Shown one piece after another: positions 18,268 through 27,515 of a DNA stretch of 64,000 bases. The stretch spans positions 2,533-66,532 of the forward strand of contig CADCOC010000030.1 of NCBI GenBank assembly GCA_902802945.1, read 5' to 3'. Below the pieces are notes generated by a model, which made no database searches, had not been told where the DNA came from, and saw nothing but the letters and a program-made list of their open reading frames with translations. Made by a program: the position numbers and the translations under genes. How positions within the stretch are numbered: position 1 is the stretch's first letter; each line of letters opens with the position of its first letter. Origin of the DNA: an uncultured bacterium. GTDB taxonomy: Bacteria > Verrucomicrobiota > Kiritimatiellia > RFP12 > UBA1067.

Positions 18268-19211
18268 AGGCGCACGCTGCCGTCTGCCACGGCAGCACGG
18301 TACTCGGCAATCGTGCGCTGAAGCCCGTCCTCTAGGTCGATCGCAGGCGCCCAGCCAAGCGACCGGATAAGCGAAGTGTCGCACAGCTTGCGCGGCGTGC
18401 CGTCCGGCTTGGACGAATCCCACGTTATCGCGGCTTCGCAGCCAGAGGTGCTCTTCACAAGCTCCGCAAGCTCTCTGATGGAGATTTCGCGGCCAGAGCC
18501 TACATTGACCAGATCCGGAGGATTCTCCATGTTCAGCACGAACAGACACGCTGCCGCCAGATCGTCCACGTGCAGGAACTCACGAAGAGGTGCGCCCGTT
18601 CCCCACAGCGGCACCGTGGCGTCGCCGTTTACGCGCGCCGTCTCGAACTTACGGATCATCGTAGGCAGAACGTGTCCGCCGACAACGTCGTAATTGTCTC
18701 CCGTGCCATACAGGTTTGTCGGCATGAGCGAATGGTAGGTGACACCGCAATCGCGCCGCAGGAATTCGCAGAGCTTCAATCCGGATATCTTCGCGAGGGC
18801 ATACCCTTCGTTGGTCTTCTCCAGCGCGCCTGTGAGAAGCGCATTTTCGGGGATCGGCTGCGGGGCCATGCGCGGGTAGATGCAGGTGGAACCGAGGAAC
18901 AGCAGACGCTTCACGCCCGCCTTGTACGCGCCCCAGACGGTGTTGAGCGCGATCATCTCGTTTTCGTAGAGGAAGAGCGCGTTCGCAGCTGAGTTCGCGC
19001 CGATGCCTCCCACGCGCGCCGCCGCAATCACGGCGACATCAGGCTTTTCCGCTTCGTAAAAGGCCCGCACCGCCGCCGGATCGAGCAAGTCCAGCTCCTT
19101 GTGCGTGCGCGTCACGACGTTCGTATAGCCCTGTTTGGCGAGCGCGCGGCACACGGCGCTCCCCACCATGCCCCGGTGTCCAGCCACGTAGATTTTATTT
19201 GACAATTCCAT
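18264..19211 (-). CDS. fcl: GDP-L-fucose synthase (GDP-4-keto-6-deoxymannose 3,5-epimerase/4-reductase)
   Basis: [56 protein letters not shown] lies 7 nt upstream. Confidence 0.9.
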   Translation of the reverse strand: MELSNKIYVAGHRGMVGSAVCRALAKQGYTNVVTRTHKELDLLDPAAVRAFYEAEKPDVAVIAAARVGGIGANSAANALFLYENEMIALNTVWGAYKAGVKRLLFLGSTCIYPRMAPQPIPENALLTGALEKTNEGYALAKISGLKLCEFLRRDCGVTYHSLMPTNLYGTGDNYDVVGGHVLPTMIRKFETARVNGDATVPLWGTGAPLREFLHVDDLAAACLFVLNMENPPDLVNVGSGREISIRELAELVKSTSGCEAAITWDSSKPDGTPRKLCDTSLIRSLGWAPAIDLEDGLQRTIAEYRAAVADGSVRL

Positions 19212-19243
19212 AGGAAACTCCTATTAGTGATTTCATTGGTAGG

Positions 19244-19322
19244 AGGACAAAAGACATAAGACAGAGGACAAAGGATAGAAGCACAATCCTTTGTCTTTTG
19301 TCATCTGTCCTCTGTCCTTTCT
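19244..19322. repeat. Imperfect palindromic element built from GACA(A/G)A(G/A) heptads, copy 1 (gmd-fcl spacer)
   Basis: The left arm is ggacaaaagacataagacagaggacaaaggat and the right arm is atcctttgtcttttgtcatctgtcctctgtcc. The central 10-bp perfect stem gacaaaggat/atcctttgtc has a 9-nt loop. A second copy lies at 33547-33626. Confidence 0.8.
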
Positions 19323-19330
19323 CACGAACC

Positions 19331-20329
19331 TTATCCCTTAACTCTCAATTCGCGCTCCGCCAGCTTGAGGTCGGCGTCCACCATCATCTTCACGAGTTCC
19401 TTGAACGTGACCTTCGGCGTCCATCCTAGCACCGTCCGGGCCTTCGTGGGATCGCCGAGCAGCTGATCCACCTCGCTGGGGCGCTCATAGCGGCTGTCAT
19501 GCTTCACGTACTTCTCCCAGTCAAGCCCCACGTAGCCGAATGCCTCGGCGAGGAACTCCTTCACCGAATGCATTTCGCCCGTGGCGAGCACATAGTCGTC
19601 GGGGGAGTCCTGCTGGAGCATCCGCCACATGCCCTCCACGTAGTCGCCGGCAAACCCCCAGTCGCGCTGGGCGTTCACGTTGCCCATGAAAAGCTCCGAC
19701 TGCAACCCCATCTTGATGCGGCTGACCGCGCGCGTGATCTTGCGCGTCACGAACGTCTCGCCGCGCCGCGGCGACTCGTGGTTGAAGAGAATGCCGTTGG
19801 AGGCATGGAGGCCGTATGCCTCGCGGTAGTTCTTCACGGCCCAGAACGAGTAGAGCTTCGCCACGCCGTACGGTGAGCGCGGGTAGAACGGCGTCGTCTC
19901 CCGCTGGGGAATCTCCTGCACCTTGCCGTAGAGTTCGGATGTCGAGGCCTGGTAAAAGCGCGTCTTCACGCCCGTGAGGCGGATTGCCTCCAGGAGACGC
20001 ATCGTGCCGAGCGCGTCCACATCGCCCGTGAACTCGGGCGAATCGAACGACACGCGCACATGACTCTGCGCCGCGAGGTTGTACACCTCGTCCGGGGCGA
20101 TTTCGTGGACGATACGCATGAGGTTTGAACTGTCCGCCATGTCCCCATAGTGCAGGAACAGCCGCACGCCGTTCACGTGCGGATCCTGGTAGAGATGGTC
20201 GATTCGCTGCGTGTTGAACGTGGAGCTGCGGCGGATGATGCCATGTACCTCATATCCCTTTTCAAGCAACAGCTCAGCCAGATACGAACCGTCCTGGCCA
20301 GTTATTCCTGTTATCAGCGCTTTTTTCAT
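19331..20329 (-). CDS. gmd: GDP-mannose 4,6-dehydratase
   Basis: [36 protein letters not shown]...LHYGDM...YGVAKLY...NHESPRRG. Confidence 0.95.
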   Translation of the reverse strand: MKKALITGITGQDGSYLAELLLEKGYEVHGIIRRSSTFNTQRIDHLYQDPHVNGVRLFLHYGDMADSSNLMRIVHEIAPDEVYNLAAQSHVRVSFDSPEFTGDVDALGTMRLLEAIRLTGVKTRFYQASTSELYGKVQEIPQRETTPFYPRSPYGVAKLYSFWAVKNYREAYGLHASNGILFNHESPRRGETFVTRKITRAVSRIKMGLQSELFMGNVNAQRDWGFAGDYVEGMWRMLQQDSPDDYVLATGEMHSVKEFLAEAFGYVGLDWEKYVKHDSRYERPSEVDQLLGDPTKARTVLGWTPKVTFKELVKMMVDADLKLAERELRVKG

Positions 20330-20356
20330 TGCTTTTATACCTTCTGCACGGTTGCC

Positions 20357-20365
20357 ATTATAGCA
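20357..20365 (-). promoter_or_regulatory. Extended -10 box (TGCTATAAT) upstream of gmd
   Basis: The minus strand reads gattttGCTATAATggcaaccgtgcagaaggtataaaagcaATG. Confidence 0.4.
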
Positions 20366-20410
20366 AAATCAGGCGCACTGCGTAAAGTCAATCGGTTCTT
20401 CCATCAAAGA

Positions 20411-20821
20411 TCATTTCAGTATTTGGAGGAATTCTTCTGGTGCGACAGCATTGACAGGCGAGTTTCTGTAATCGCCAAGGTTTCGGGTCACGATGTAGTC
20501 GCATGAACGAGCGACCGCCGAGGCAGAAACGACGGCATCCTCAAAGTCGGCAAAATTCAGCAAGCGCGCGGCAACAATGACGGCCTTATCTGCTGGAGCA
20601 ATGTCAAAGGTCGACAAAAGCCAGTCCAGTGCCTTTTCCGCCCCCGTCTTGTCAGCCCCTTTTCTTATAATATAAAATAGCGTTGTAATGGCATGTGCAG
20701 TGACAAGCCCCTCGCACAGTCCGGTTCTGACGGCATCGCACACTTTCGCCGATGGCAAGAAAAATGGCGCTCGTCGCTGCAAAACATCGACGAGAACGTT
20801 CAGATCAATCATGATCTTCAC
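20411..20821 (-). CDS. vapC: PIN-domain toxin (VapC-like)
   Basis: 136 aa. It has MIDLNVLVD (N-terminal acidic residue), FEDAVV and TRNLGDY. It overlaps the upstream antitoxin ORF by 4 nt. Confidence 0.75.
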   Translation of the reverse strand: MKIMIDLNVLVDVLQRRAPFFLPSAKVCDAVRTGLCEGLVTAHAITTLFYIIRKGADKTGAEKALDWLLSTFDIAPADKAVIVAARLLNFADFEDAVVSASAVARSCDYIVTRNLGDYRNSPVNAVAPEEFLQILK

Positions 20822-21060
20822 AAATACTTCTCCGCGACATGTTCACGATACATCTGCTCAACATCGATATCCGAAGGTATGATCCCTGCAACCTCACTTA
20901 CTGAAGCCGACACCTCATCCTCTCTGGAGAAAGTCTCCTTCAACCGGTTGAAATAGCGGACAACAAGTTCGGACAGCGAAATCTGCCTCTTTTTTGCGTA
21001 CCTTTGCGCAAAGAGAAGCGTATCACCTGGCAATCTGATTGTCATTCTCGCATCGTTCAT
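20818..21060 (-). CDS. vapB: Antitoxin for the PIN toxin (ribbon-helix-helix-like N-terminus)
   Basis: 80 aa, MTIRLPGDTLLFAQRYAKKRQISLSELVVRYF, with GAGGAA SD. Its position and overlap with the PIN gene support the call. Confidence 0.65.
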   Translation of the reverse strand: MNDARMTIRLPGDTLLFAQRYAKKRQISLSELVVRYFNRLKETFSREDEVSASVSEVAGIIPSDIDVEQMYREHVAEKYL

Positions 21061-21073
21061 ACAATTTTCCTCA

Positions 21074-21097
21074 TTTGTGCGAACATTCTAGCACAAA
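21074..21097 (-). promoter_or_regulatory. Candidate vapBC promoter/operator: a 7-bp inverted repeat (TTTGTGC-N10-GCACAAA) spanning an extended -10 box (TGCTAGAAT)
   Basis: Read directly from the sequence. It lies 24 nt upstream of the vapB ATG. Confidence 0.4.
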
Positions 21098-21157
21098 TTC
21101 CCCCGCTCAGTCAACCTTGGAAACTGGAAAAGAATCCGATGCGTGAAAGCTTCCATT

Positions 21158-22237
21158 TCAAAGATTATCAAACCGCCCCCTACGCGCAGAGTCTAAAACT
21201 TCCTCGACGCTCTGCGTTGTATGCATCGCCGAACCAAAATAGGCATGGTTGCAGACCCGTAGCACTTCATCGGGCACGATGTCAAGCCCGCCAACACTAC
21301 GCTCACTGGCTGTGCATCCAACCGAAAACCGTATGGCGTTTTCAAGTGCGACCTTGACGTCCAGCCCAAGTTCATTTCTGGCGCGTTCAATCGACGGCAC
21401 GTAAACCGATGGTTTTTCACCGGCCTTCGGCATCCCCTTCACGATGATCTCGCTTTTTGAGCCAAGGGCATCGCGCACGGTTTCGGCGAGTTCGCGTATC
21501 GATACCGCGCGATTGGATCCAACGTTGTAGGGGCGTCCGTTCTCGCCGCGCTCGAGGATTGCAAAAAGCCATTCGACGAGGTCGTCGGCGTAGAGGTAGC
21601 TGCGGAGCGGCGTGCCATCACCGTTTATGACTATGGGCTTCCCGTCAAGGCAGTTCTGGATGAAGTTTCCGATGGCGAAGTGAATGCCGCGATTGAGATG
21701 TGGGCCGGTGAAGGCAAAACAACGGGCGATTTTGACGTCAAATCCGGCATCGATTAGCAACCGCTCCACCGCCAGCTTCCCCTTGCCGTAGGCCGTTACC
21801 GGCTCACACGCATCATCCTCGCCCGCCGTTGTAATTCGTGGACCATACACCGCGCCCGAGCTCGTGAAGAGAATCTTGCTGCAGCCAGCGGCCTTCGCGA
21901 AATCCGTCACATGCCGTGCGCCGTCCATGATCACGCTCGTCATTTCAGCATCCGAGATCGTAGTGACGGCGCTTGTGGCGGCATGGATAATCGCATCGAA
22001 ATGGCCCTCGGGAAAAACAAAGTCGCGCACATCGCCAGCAGCAAATGAAACGCCTGATTGGTTTGCAAGGCGGGGGTAAGATGCGGCAAAGCGCTCGAGC
22101 GACCGCGAAAGGATCACCCATTCGGCTTTCGCCCACGGCCATTCGGGATGGCGGAGGCGGTAGTCGAGCATCGACTTACCGAAGAAACCGGTACCGCCGG
22201 TGATGAAGAGGCGCTTAATCTCGCCGCTATTCGCCAT
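21158..22237 (-). CDS. NAD-dependent epimerase/dehydratase-family reductase (YerF-like by context)
   Basis: LFITGGTGFFGKS, TSSGAVYG, YGKGK. It overlaps the upstream TPP-enzyme gene by 11 nt. Confidence 0.75.
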   Translation of the reverse strand: MANSGEIKRLFITGGTGFFGKSMLDYRLRHPEWPWAKAEWVILSRSLERFAASYPRLANQSGVSFAAGDVRDFVFPEGHFDAIIHAATSAVTTISDAEMTSVIMDGARHVTDFAKAAGCSKILFTSSGAVYGPRITTAGEDDACEPVTAYGKGKLAVERLLIDAGFDVKIARCFAFTGPHLNRGIHFAIGNFIQNCLDGKPIVINGDGTPLRSYLYADDLVEWLFAILERGENGRPYNVGSNRAVSIRELAETVRDALGSKSEIIVKGMPKAGEKPSVYVPSIERARNELGLDVKVALENAIRFSVGCTASERSVGGLDIVPDEVLRVCNHAYFGSAMHTTQSVEEVLDSARRGRFDNL

Positions 22238-24050
22238 TCGCTTCCTTAGATTTGATGGTCAAACTGTGCTTGGCCAACATCCACTTCGCCCGATCCTCTT
22301 CCGGCAGGAACGGTGCCATGTTATCAAGCGGTTCCGAAACCATCGTGCCATCGGGCAACCGCCGCGATGCCGCCTTGGGGCCAAGCACCTCAAACGGATC
22401 AAGCATGACTTCAACGACGACCGGCCCATTCACCGCGAATATTTCAGGCAGTTTTTCATCCAGCTCCTGATTGGTTGAAAGCCTGAAATATGGCAGATCG
22501 TATGCAGTTGCCAGCTTCTCAAAGGAAGGAAGCACGACCCCCGACCCGGCTTCGGAACCTACGAAGAACCCCCCGAAGAATGCCTTCTGCGTCGTCTTGA
22601 TTGAGAGGTAGCCCCCGTTGTTGTAGATGAGGAGCGTGATGGGCAGGCGATAGTTTTTCATCGTCTGCAACTCTTGGAGATTCATCTGGATAGAACCGTC
22701 GCCCTCAAAGCAGACAACGTGCCGATCGCCACCGGCAAACGCCGCACCAATCGCCGCAGGAAGGCCATATCCCATCGAGGCACAGGCCTCGTTGGAGAAC
22801 ATGCGCATTCCCTTGCGGATCGGAATCGCCTGGAAAGTCGAGGTGTAGGCGATTCCATTCGACGTCACGACCGTCAGCGGATCGGGCGCATGGCGCACCA
22901 CGGCCTCGGGCAGGACATAGCTTGAAACATAATCCGTTCGCGCCCGATGTTCTGGGAGGATCACGGGGAAACGAGCCTTCACCCCGCGACAGTATGAAAG
23001 CCATTCCTCATGCGGCGGCAATGACGGCAGAGCTGCGTGCAGCGCTTCGAGAAACGCGCCGGCATCTGAATGTATCTTGACGTCAGGACGGAACGTCGGC
23101 TTTTCTAGCTCCGCCTCGTCAACGTCAATCATCACCTTCACCGCGTTGCAGGCCACGGTATCGTATGCATAGCCGCAGATGCGAATGCCCATCCTCGTGC
23201 CCAGCACGATGAACAGATCGCTGTTCTGCATGATGAAGTTTGCGGGGCGTTCGCCAAGAATGCCAGGGCGGCCAAAGAAGAGCGGATGATCCGAGGGTAT
23301 GAGGTCGATTCCGGAAATCGAGGTCAGCACCGGAATGTTCAGCGATTCCGCCACTTCCAGAAAAAGCTTCTCGGCTCGCGCATTACGCACCCCGGAACCG
23401 ACAATGATCGCCGGGCGCTTCGCCCTCCTCAGAAGTGCAGCCATTTCATCAATCTGGCCCTCTGCCGGTTCCACGATCTCAGCAAGCCTTGATGACCGAA
23501 CGGCGTTCGGTCTATCACAGTCAATCTCCGCCGCCTGAATATCAAGCGGCACGTCGATCCACACCGGCCCAGGCCGGCCGCTCTGGCAAAGCTCCCACGC
23601 CTCTGCCATGACCTCCGGCACCTCTTCGACGCTCATCACCGTCTTCGCCATCTTCGTCATCGGCCGCGCGGCATCGACGATGTTGTATTCCTGGTCGCCG
23701 AGCTGCCGCAGTTTCAGATGCGGACAAGAGGTTATCATCGTTGCCCGCTTGATCTGTCCGGATATCACGATCATCGGCACGGAGTCGAGCCATGCGCCCA
23801 TCACGCCGGTCAGGGCGTTTGTGCCCCCCGGCCCGGTGGTGACGCTGACCACACCCGGCATCCCCGACATCCTTGCATAGCCTTCTGCCGCCATCGCGCA
23901 CGCCTGCTCGTGCAGATTGCACACGTACTTGATGCGGGTTTCTCGCCCAAGAGCGTCGTTGAGGTGCATTGCACCGCCGCCCGTCACGAGGAAAACATGC
24001 CTCACTCCTTTGTCGGCCAAGAACTTCCAGATGTAGTCAGCAACTCTCAC
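22227..24050 (-). CDS. Thiamine-diphosphate-dependent enzyme of the acetolactate-synthase large-subunit family (YerE-like by context)
   Basis: 607 aa with a GTG start. It has VFLVTGGGAMHL, VTTGPGGTNALTG and the TPP-binding motif GDGSIQMNLQEL...NNGGY. Confidence 0.85.
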   Translation of the reverse strand: MRVADYIWKFLADKGVRHVFLVTGGGAMHLNDALGRETRIKYVCNLHEQACAMAAEGYARMSGMPGVVSVTTGPGGTNALTGVMGAWLDSVPMIVISGQIKRATMITSCPHLKLRQLGDQEYNIVDAARPMTKMAKTVMSVEEVPEVMAEAWELCQSGRPGPVWIDVPLDIQAAEIDCDRPNAVRSSRLAEIVEPAEGQIDEMAALLRRAKRPAIIVGSGVRNARAEKLFLEVAESLNIPVLTSISGIDLIPSDHPLFFGRPGILGERPANFIMQNSDLFIVLGTRMGIRICGYAYDTVACNAVKVMIDVDEAELEKPTFRPDVKIHSDAGAFLEALHAALPSLPPHEEWLSYCRGVKARFPVILPEHRARTDYVSSYVLPEAVVRHAPDPLTVVTSNGIAYTSTFQAIPIRKGMRMFSNEACASMGYGLPAAIGAAFAGGDRHVVCFEGDGSIQMNLQELQTMKNYRLPITLLIYNNGGYLSIKTTQKAFFGGFFVGSEAGSGVVLPSFEKLATAYDLPYFRLSTNQELDEKLPEIFAVNGPVVVEVMLDPFEVLGPKAASRRLPDGTMVSEPLDNMAPFLPEEDRAKWMLAKHSLTIKSKEANGE

Positions 24051-24060
24051 TTCATCAACC

Positions 24061-24132
24061 TCTCTACACGTTCTACATGTTCTACACGGCTATTCTTATC
24101 ACACGCCCTCAGCACGTTCTACACGGCTACAC
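24061..24132. repeat. Intercistronic GTAGAAC(A/G)TG 9-nt-period repeat (rfbH|TPP junction)
   Basis: A 32-nt stretch ctacacgttctacatgttctacacggctattc (24064-24095) is identical to 27518-27549. A partial second copy lies at 24113-24132 and encodes the last residues and stop of rfbH. Confidence 0.85.
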
Positions 24133-25447
24133 AAAACTTCCTGATCACGTCGATCATGTAGTCAATCTTCGCGTCGCCCATGCCGGGGTAGAGGCCGATC
24201 CAGAGCGAGGAGTTCATGATGGTGTCGGTGTTGGCGAGCGAGCCGGCCACGCGGTAGTCAATACCCTCGCGCATCGTCTCGAAGCAGGGATGGCGGATGA
24301 TGTTGCCCGCAAAAAGGTTACGCGTCTGGATGTTCGCGGACTCAAGGTGCTTCGCAAGGTCGTTGCGCGTGAAGCCGGCGTCGGGTTTCACCGTCATCAG
24401 GAATCCGAACCACGACGGATCGCTCTCTTCGTACTTCTCGAAAAGGCGGAGTTGCGGCAAATCCGTCAACCCTTCATAGAGCCGCGCGAAATTGGCCTTG
24501 CGCTTCTCCACGAACGAGGGAAACTTCTCAAGCTGGGCGCATCCGACCGCCGCCTGGAGGTCGGTCGCCTTCAGGTTGTAGCCGAAGTGCGAATAGACGT
24601 ATTTGTGGTCGTAGCCGACAGGCAGCGTGCCAAACTGCTTCGTGAAGCGACAGCCGCAGGTGTTGTCCACGCCCGATTCGCACCAGCAGTCGCGTCCCCA
24701 GTCGCGGATGGAGAGCGCAATCTTCTTGAGGAGCGGGTTGTCCGTATAGACCGCGCCGCCTTCGCCCATCGTCATGTGATGCGGAGGGTAGAAGCTCGAC
24801 GTGCCAATGTCGCCCCACGTGCCGGTGAACCTGCCGTCGTATTTCGAGCCGAGAGCATCGCAGTTGTCCTCGATGAACCAGAGGTTGTGCTTCTCGCAGA
24901 ACGCCTTGACCGCCTTCACGTTGAACGGATTGCCGAGCGTGTGCGCGAGCATCACGGCCTTCGTCTTCGGCGACCACGCAGCCTCCAGCTGTGCGGCGTC
25001 GATGTTTGCTGTGCCAAGTTCCACGTCGACGAACACCGGCACGGCACCGTACTGCACGATCGGCGCGATGGTGGTGGGGAAGCCCGCCGCGACGGTGATC
25101 ACCTCGTCGCCGCGTTTCACCTGGCGCTCGCCGAGCAAAGGCGAAGTCAGCGTCATGAACGCAAGGAGGTTTGCCGACGAGCCGGAGTTCACGAGCAGGG
25201 CGAAGCGGACGCCGAGGTAGGCGGCGAGGCCCTTCTCGAAGTCGCGCGACCAGTGTCCGTAGGTGAGCCAGAACTCGAGCGAGGCATTGACGAGGTTCTG
25301 CATTTCGCGCTCGTCGAAGACGCGCCCCGCGTAGTTCACGCGCGACTTGCCGGGCGTGAACGACTCGGCGGCCTTCGCGCCATGCACGAGGCGGAAGTAC
25401 TCCGCCGTCTTTTCAAGAATTTCCTTTTTTAAGTCATCTGCTGTCAT
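24119..25447 (-). CDS. rfbH: CDP-4-keto-6-deoxy-D-glucose 3-dehydrase (E1, DegT/DnrJ/EryC1 family)
   Basis: 442 aa. It has NSGSSANLLA, DNCDALGS and the E1-type FYPPHHMTMGEGG where aminotransferases carry the PLP lysine. Its context next to rfbF/rfbG supports the call. Confidence 0.85.
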   Translation of the reverse strand: MTADDLKKEILEKTAEYFRLVHGAKAAESFTPGKSRVNYAGRVFDEREMQNLVNASLEFWLTYGHWSRDFEKGLAAYLGVRFALLVNSGSSANLLAFMTLTSPLLGERQVKRGDEVITVAAGFPTTIAPIVQYGAVPVFVDVELGTANIDAAQLEAAWSPKTKAVMLAHTLGNPFNVKAVKAFCEKHNLWFIEDNCDALGSKYDGRFTGTWGDIGTSSFYPPHHMTMGEGGAVYTDNPLLKKIALSIRDWGRDCWCESGVDNTCGCRFTKQFGTLPVGYDHKYVYSHFGYNLKATDLQAAVGCAQLEKFPSFVEKRKANFARLYEGLTDLPQLRLFEKYEESDPSWFGFLMTVKPDAGFTRNDLAKHLESANIQTRNLFAGNIIRHPCFETMREGIDYRVAGSLANTDTIMNSSLWIGLYPGMGDAKIDYMIDVIRKFCVAV

Positions 25448-25465
25448 GGCTATCCTTTGTTTTTA

Positions 25466-25750
25466 TCCATGTAAGACATGTGGGGGATGGTTTGATGTCC
25501 ATGTAGAACATGAAGGACATGTAAAACATTGGGAGATGGGGGAGTGATGGGGTCCATTTTCATTAAGAATTCCAAGTGGAAAATTGTAGGAGGATTGATG
25601 TCCATGTAGAACATGAAGGACATGTAAAACATTGGGAGATGGGGGAGTGATGGGGTCCATTTTCACCAAGAATTCCAAGTGGAAAATTGTAGGAGGTTTG
25701 ATGTCCATGTAGAACATGAAGGACATGTAAAACATTGGGAGATGAGTGAA
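25466..25750 (+). repeat. Tandem array of about 2.5 copies of a 103-bp unit, plus a degenerate leading copy
   Basis: Units start at 25493, 25596 and 25699 (tgatgtccatgtagaacatgaaggacatgtaaaacattgggagatggg...). The units abut without unique spacers. There is an internal 9-nt periodicity (catgtagaa catgaagga catgtaaaa). Confidence 0.9.
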
Positions 25751-25787
25751 TGATGGAGTTCTTTTTCATCATGGCGTATTGAGGCTG

Positions 25788-26279
25788 TCACAGCGTATTA
25801 GGTTTTAAGATAGAGGGCTGGCGAATAGGAGCATAAACAGTGCGTCTCTCGTATTTGAAAGCTCCAAAGTTCAAGAGGAGTCCAAGAGGAAAGTTGGCTA
25901 TTTTCAGGTAGTTCATGACTTGCGACAGATGTTCCGTCGTCAAGGAGGCAACAGCCTTCAATTCGACGATGAGTTTACCGTCAACTACCATGTCGGCAAA
26001 ATACTCTCCAACGCAATATCCGTCTTCATCAAACACATTCAAAGGCTTTTGCCGTTCGACAAAATGCCCCATCTTCTCCAACCTATGCGTAAGCGCAGAC
26101 TCGTACACCCTCTCCAAAAGCCCATTGCCAAAGTAATGGTGAACATCGTATGCAACCTGCCCAACTTCGGCAGCAAGAGTCTTCAATTCCTCGATCTCTC
26201 GTTCCCGTTCGCCCTGTTCCACATGGGCATTCATCCTCAACCCATCCTCTACATGTTCAACATGGACATTCATCTCCAC
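25788..26279 (-). CDS. GxxExxY family protein (PD-(D/E)XK nuclease-like)
   Basis: The eponymous motif is GNGLLERVYESAL, followed by DMVVDGKLIVELKAV...QVMNYLK...GLLLNFG. The start is uncertain. The first about 15-20 codons (MEMNVHVEHVEDG) are encoded by flanking repeat sequence. ATG 26234 is an alternative. Confidence 0.8.
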   Translation of the reverse strand: MEMNVHVEHVEDGLRMNAHVEQGEREREIEELKTLAAEVGQVAYDVHHYFGNGLLERVYESALTHRLEKMGHFVERQKPLNVFDEDGYCVGEYFADMVVDGKLIVELKAVASLTTEHLSQVMNYLKIANFPLGLLLNFGAFKYERRTVYAPIRQPSILKPNTL

Positions 26280-26382
26280 ACCTCACCTACATGCCCCACA
26301 TGTTCTTCATGTTCTACATGGACATTCATCTCCACACCCCACCTACATGCCCTCCATGTTCTTCATGTTCTACATGGACATT
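26249..26382 (-). repeat. Tandem of two 56-bp units plus a partial copy, carrying the same core as the 103-bp array but in inverted orientation
   Basis: The units are 26271-26326 and 26327-26382. Their reverse complement begins aatgtccatgtagaacatgaagaacatgt, versus atgtccatgtagaacatgaaggacatgt in the 25493 array. Confidence 0.85.
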
Positions 26383-27471
26383 AAGATTACAATCATAACC
26401 CATAATCTGTGCGTTGGTTGCCTCGACCGGATTTGCACCATTCGCAACGGCGGCGTACCACTGGACGGTGTTCTTCACGGTCTCTTCGAAGTCCCACCTC
26501 GGCTTCCAGCCCAGCACCTTCCGCGCCTTGCGGATGTCGAGATTCAAGAGCCCTGCCTCATGGACGGCATGAGGATCGGATTTATCCACCCATGCGCCCT
26601 TGCGCCACTTGAGCATTTCCTCCACCAGTTCCTTCACCGTGCGATTCGCCTTGGGATCCGGACCGAAGTTGAATCCGCCGCAAACCTCATCGAACCGCTC
26701 GCGCTTCGCAAGCGCCGCACCGAGAGTGAGATACCCGCCAAGCGGTTCGAGCACATGCTGCCACGGGCGCGTCGAGACTTTATTCCGCACGGGAATCGCC
26801 TCGCCCTTCGTAAGCGCACGCATGGCATCGGGCACGATGCGATCCTTCGCCCAGTCACCACCGCCGATCACGTTGCCCGCCCGGGCGCTCGCCACCCACA
26901 CGGGCGAATCTGACGTGCCGAAGAAGGATCGGCGATACGAGGAAATCACGATCTCGCACGCGCCCTTCGACGCGCTGTAGGGATCATGGCCGCCAAAGGG
27001 ATCCGTTTCCCGAAATGGACGGCCCTTCTCGTTATTCTCGTAAACCTTATCGGTGGTGATGCACACCACAGAGATTTGATGGCCAATCCGCCTCGCCGCC
27101 TCCAGCACGTTGACCGTGCCCATCACATTCGTATCGAAGGTCTCCGCCGGCTTCTCATACGAGAGCCTCACGAGCGGCTGTGCCGCGAGGTGGAAAACGA
27201 AATCCGGCTTCACGCGGCGCATCGTGCGCACGAGCAACTCGAGATCGCGCACGTCGCCGATCGTATGGGATGCAATCCGCTTCGCGAGCTTCAGCTGGTT
27301 GAAGAGGCTCGGCCGCGTGGGCGGCTCAAGGGCATATCCATGTACCTCCGCACCGAGCGCGAGCAGCCACTCGCACAGCCACGAGCCCTTGAAGCCCGTA
27401 TGGCCAGTCACGAGCACACGCCGACCCTGGTAACACTTGAAGATTGAATTGCTGCTATACTCGTTTTTCAT
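26326..27471 (-). CDS. rfbG: CDP-glucose 4,6-dehydratase
   Basis: VLVTGHTGFKGSWL, HLAAQPLV, TDKVYEN, YSASKG. I prefer the start at ATG 27471, because the track ORF starts at TTG 27498. The C-terminal about 20 aa (NLNVHVEHEEHGGHVGGVWR) is read from repeat DNA. Confidence 0.85.
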   Translation of the reverse strand: MKNEYSSNSIFKCYQGRRVLVTGHTGFKGSWLCEWLLALGAEVHGYALEPPTRPSLFNQLKLAKRIASHTIGDVRDLELLVRTMRRVKPDFVFHLAAQPLVRLSYEKPAETFDTNVMGTVNVLEAARRIGHQISVVCITTDKVYENNEKGRPFRETDPFGGHDPYSASKGACEIVISSYRRSFFGTSDSPVWVASARAGNVIGGGDWAKDRIVPDAMRALTKGEAIPVRNKVSTRPWQHVLEPLGGYLTLGAALAKRERFDEVCGGFNFGPDPKANRTVKELVEEMLKWRKGAWVDKSDPHAVHEAGLLNLDIRKARKVLGWKPRWDFEETVKNTVQWYAAVANGANPVEATNAQIMGYDCNLNVHVEHEEHGGHVGGVWR

Positions 27472-27515
27472 GATCAGTTTGATTTCGACAGACGACAATC
27501 GACATCCGACAACTC

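Noticed and set aside
25450-25772. Three overlapping 60-90-aa minus-strand ORFs (MFYMSFMFYMD..., ...HVLHVLHG...)
   Set aside because: They are artefacts of translating the 103-bp tandem repeat. Near-identical peptides arise from each unit, and there are no SDs.
25466-26382. Possible CRISPR array
   Set aside because: The units (103 bp and 56 bp) abut directly with no unique spacers. The period is far from CRISPR repeat-plus-spacer sizes. No cas genes are present in the window.
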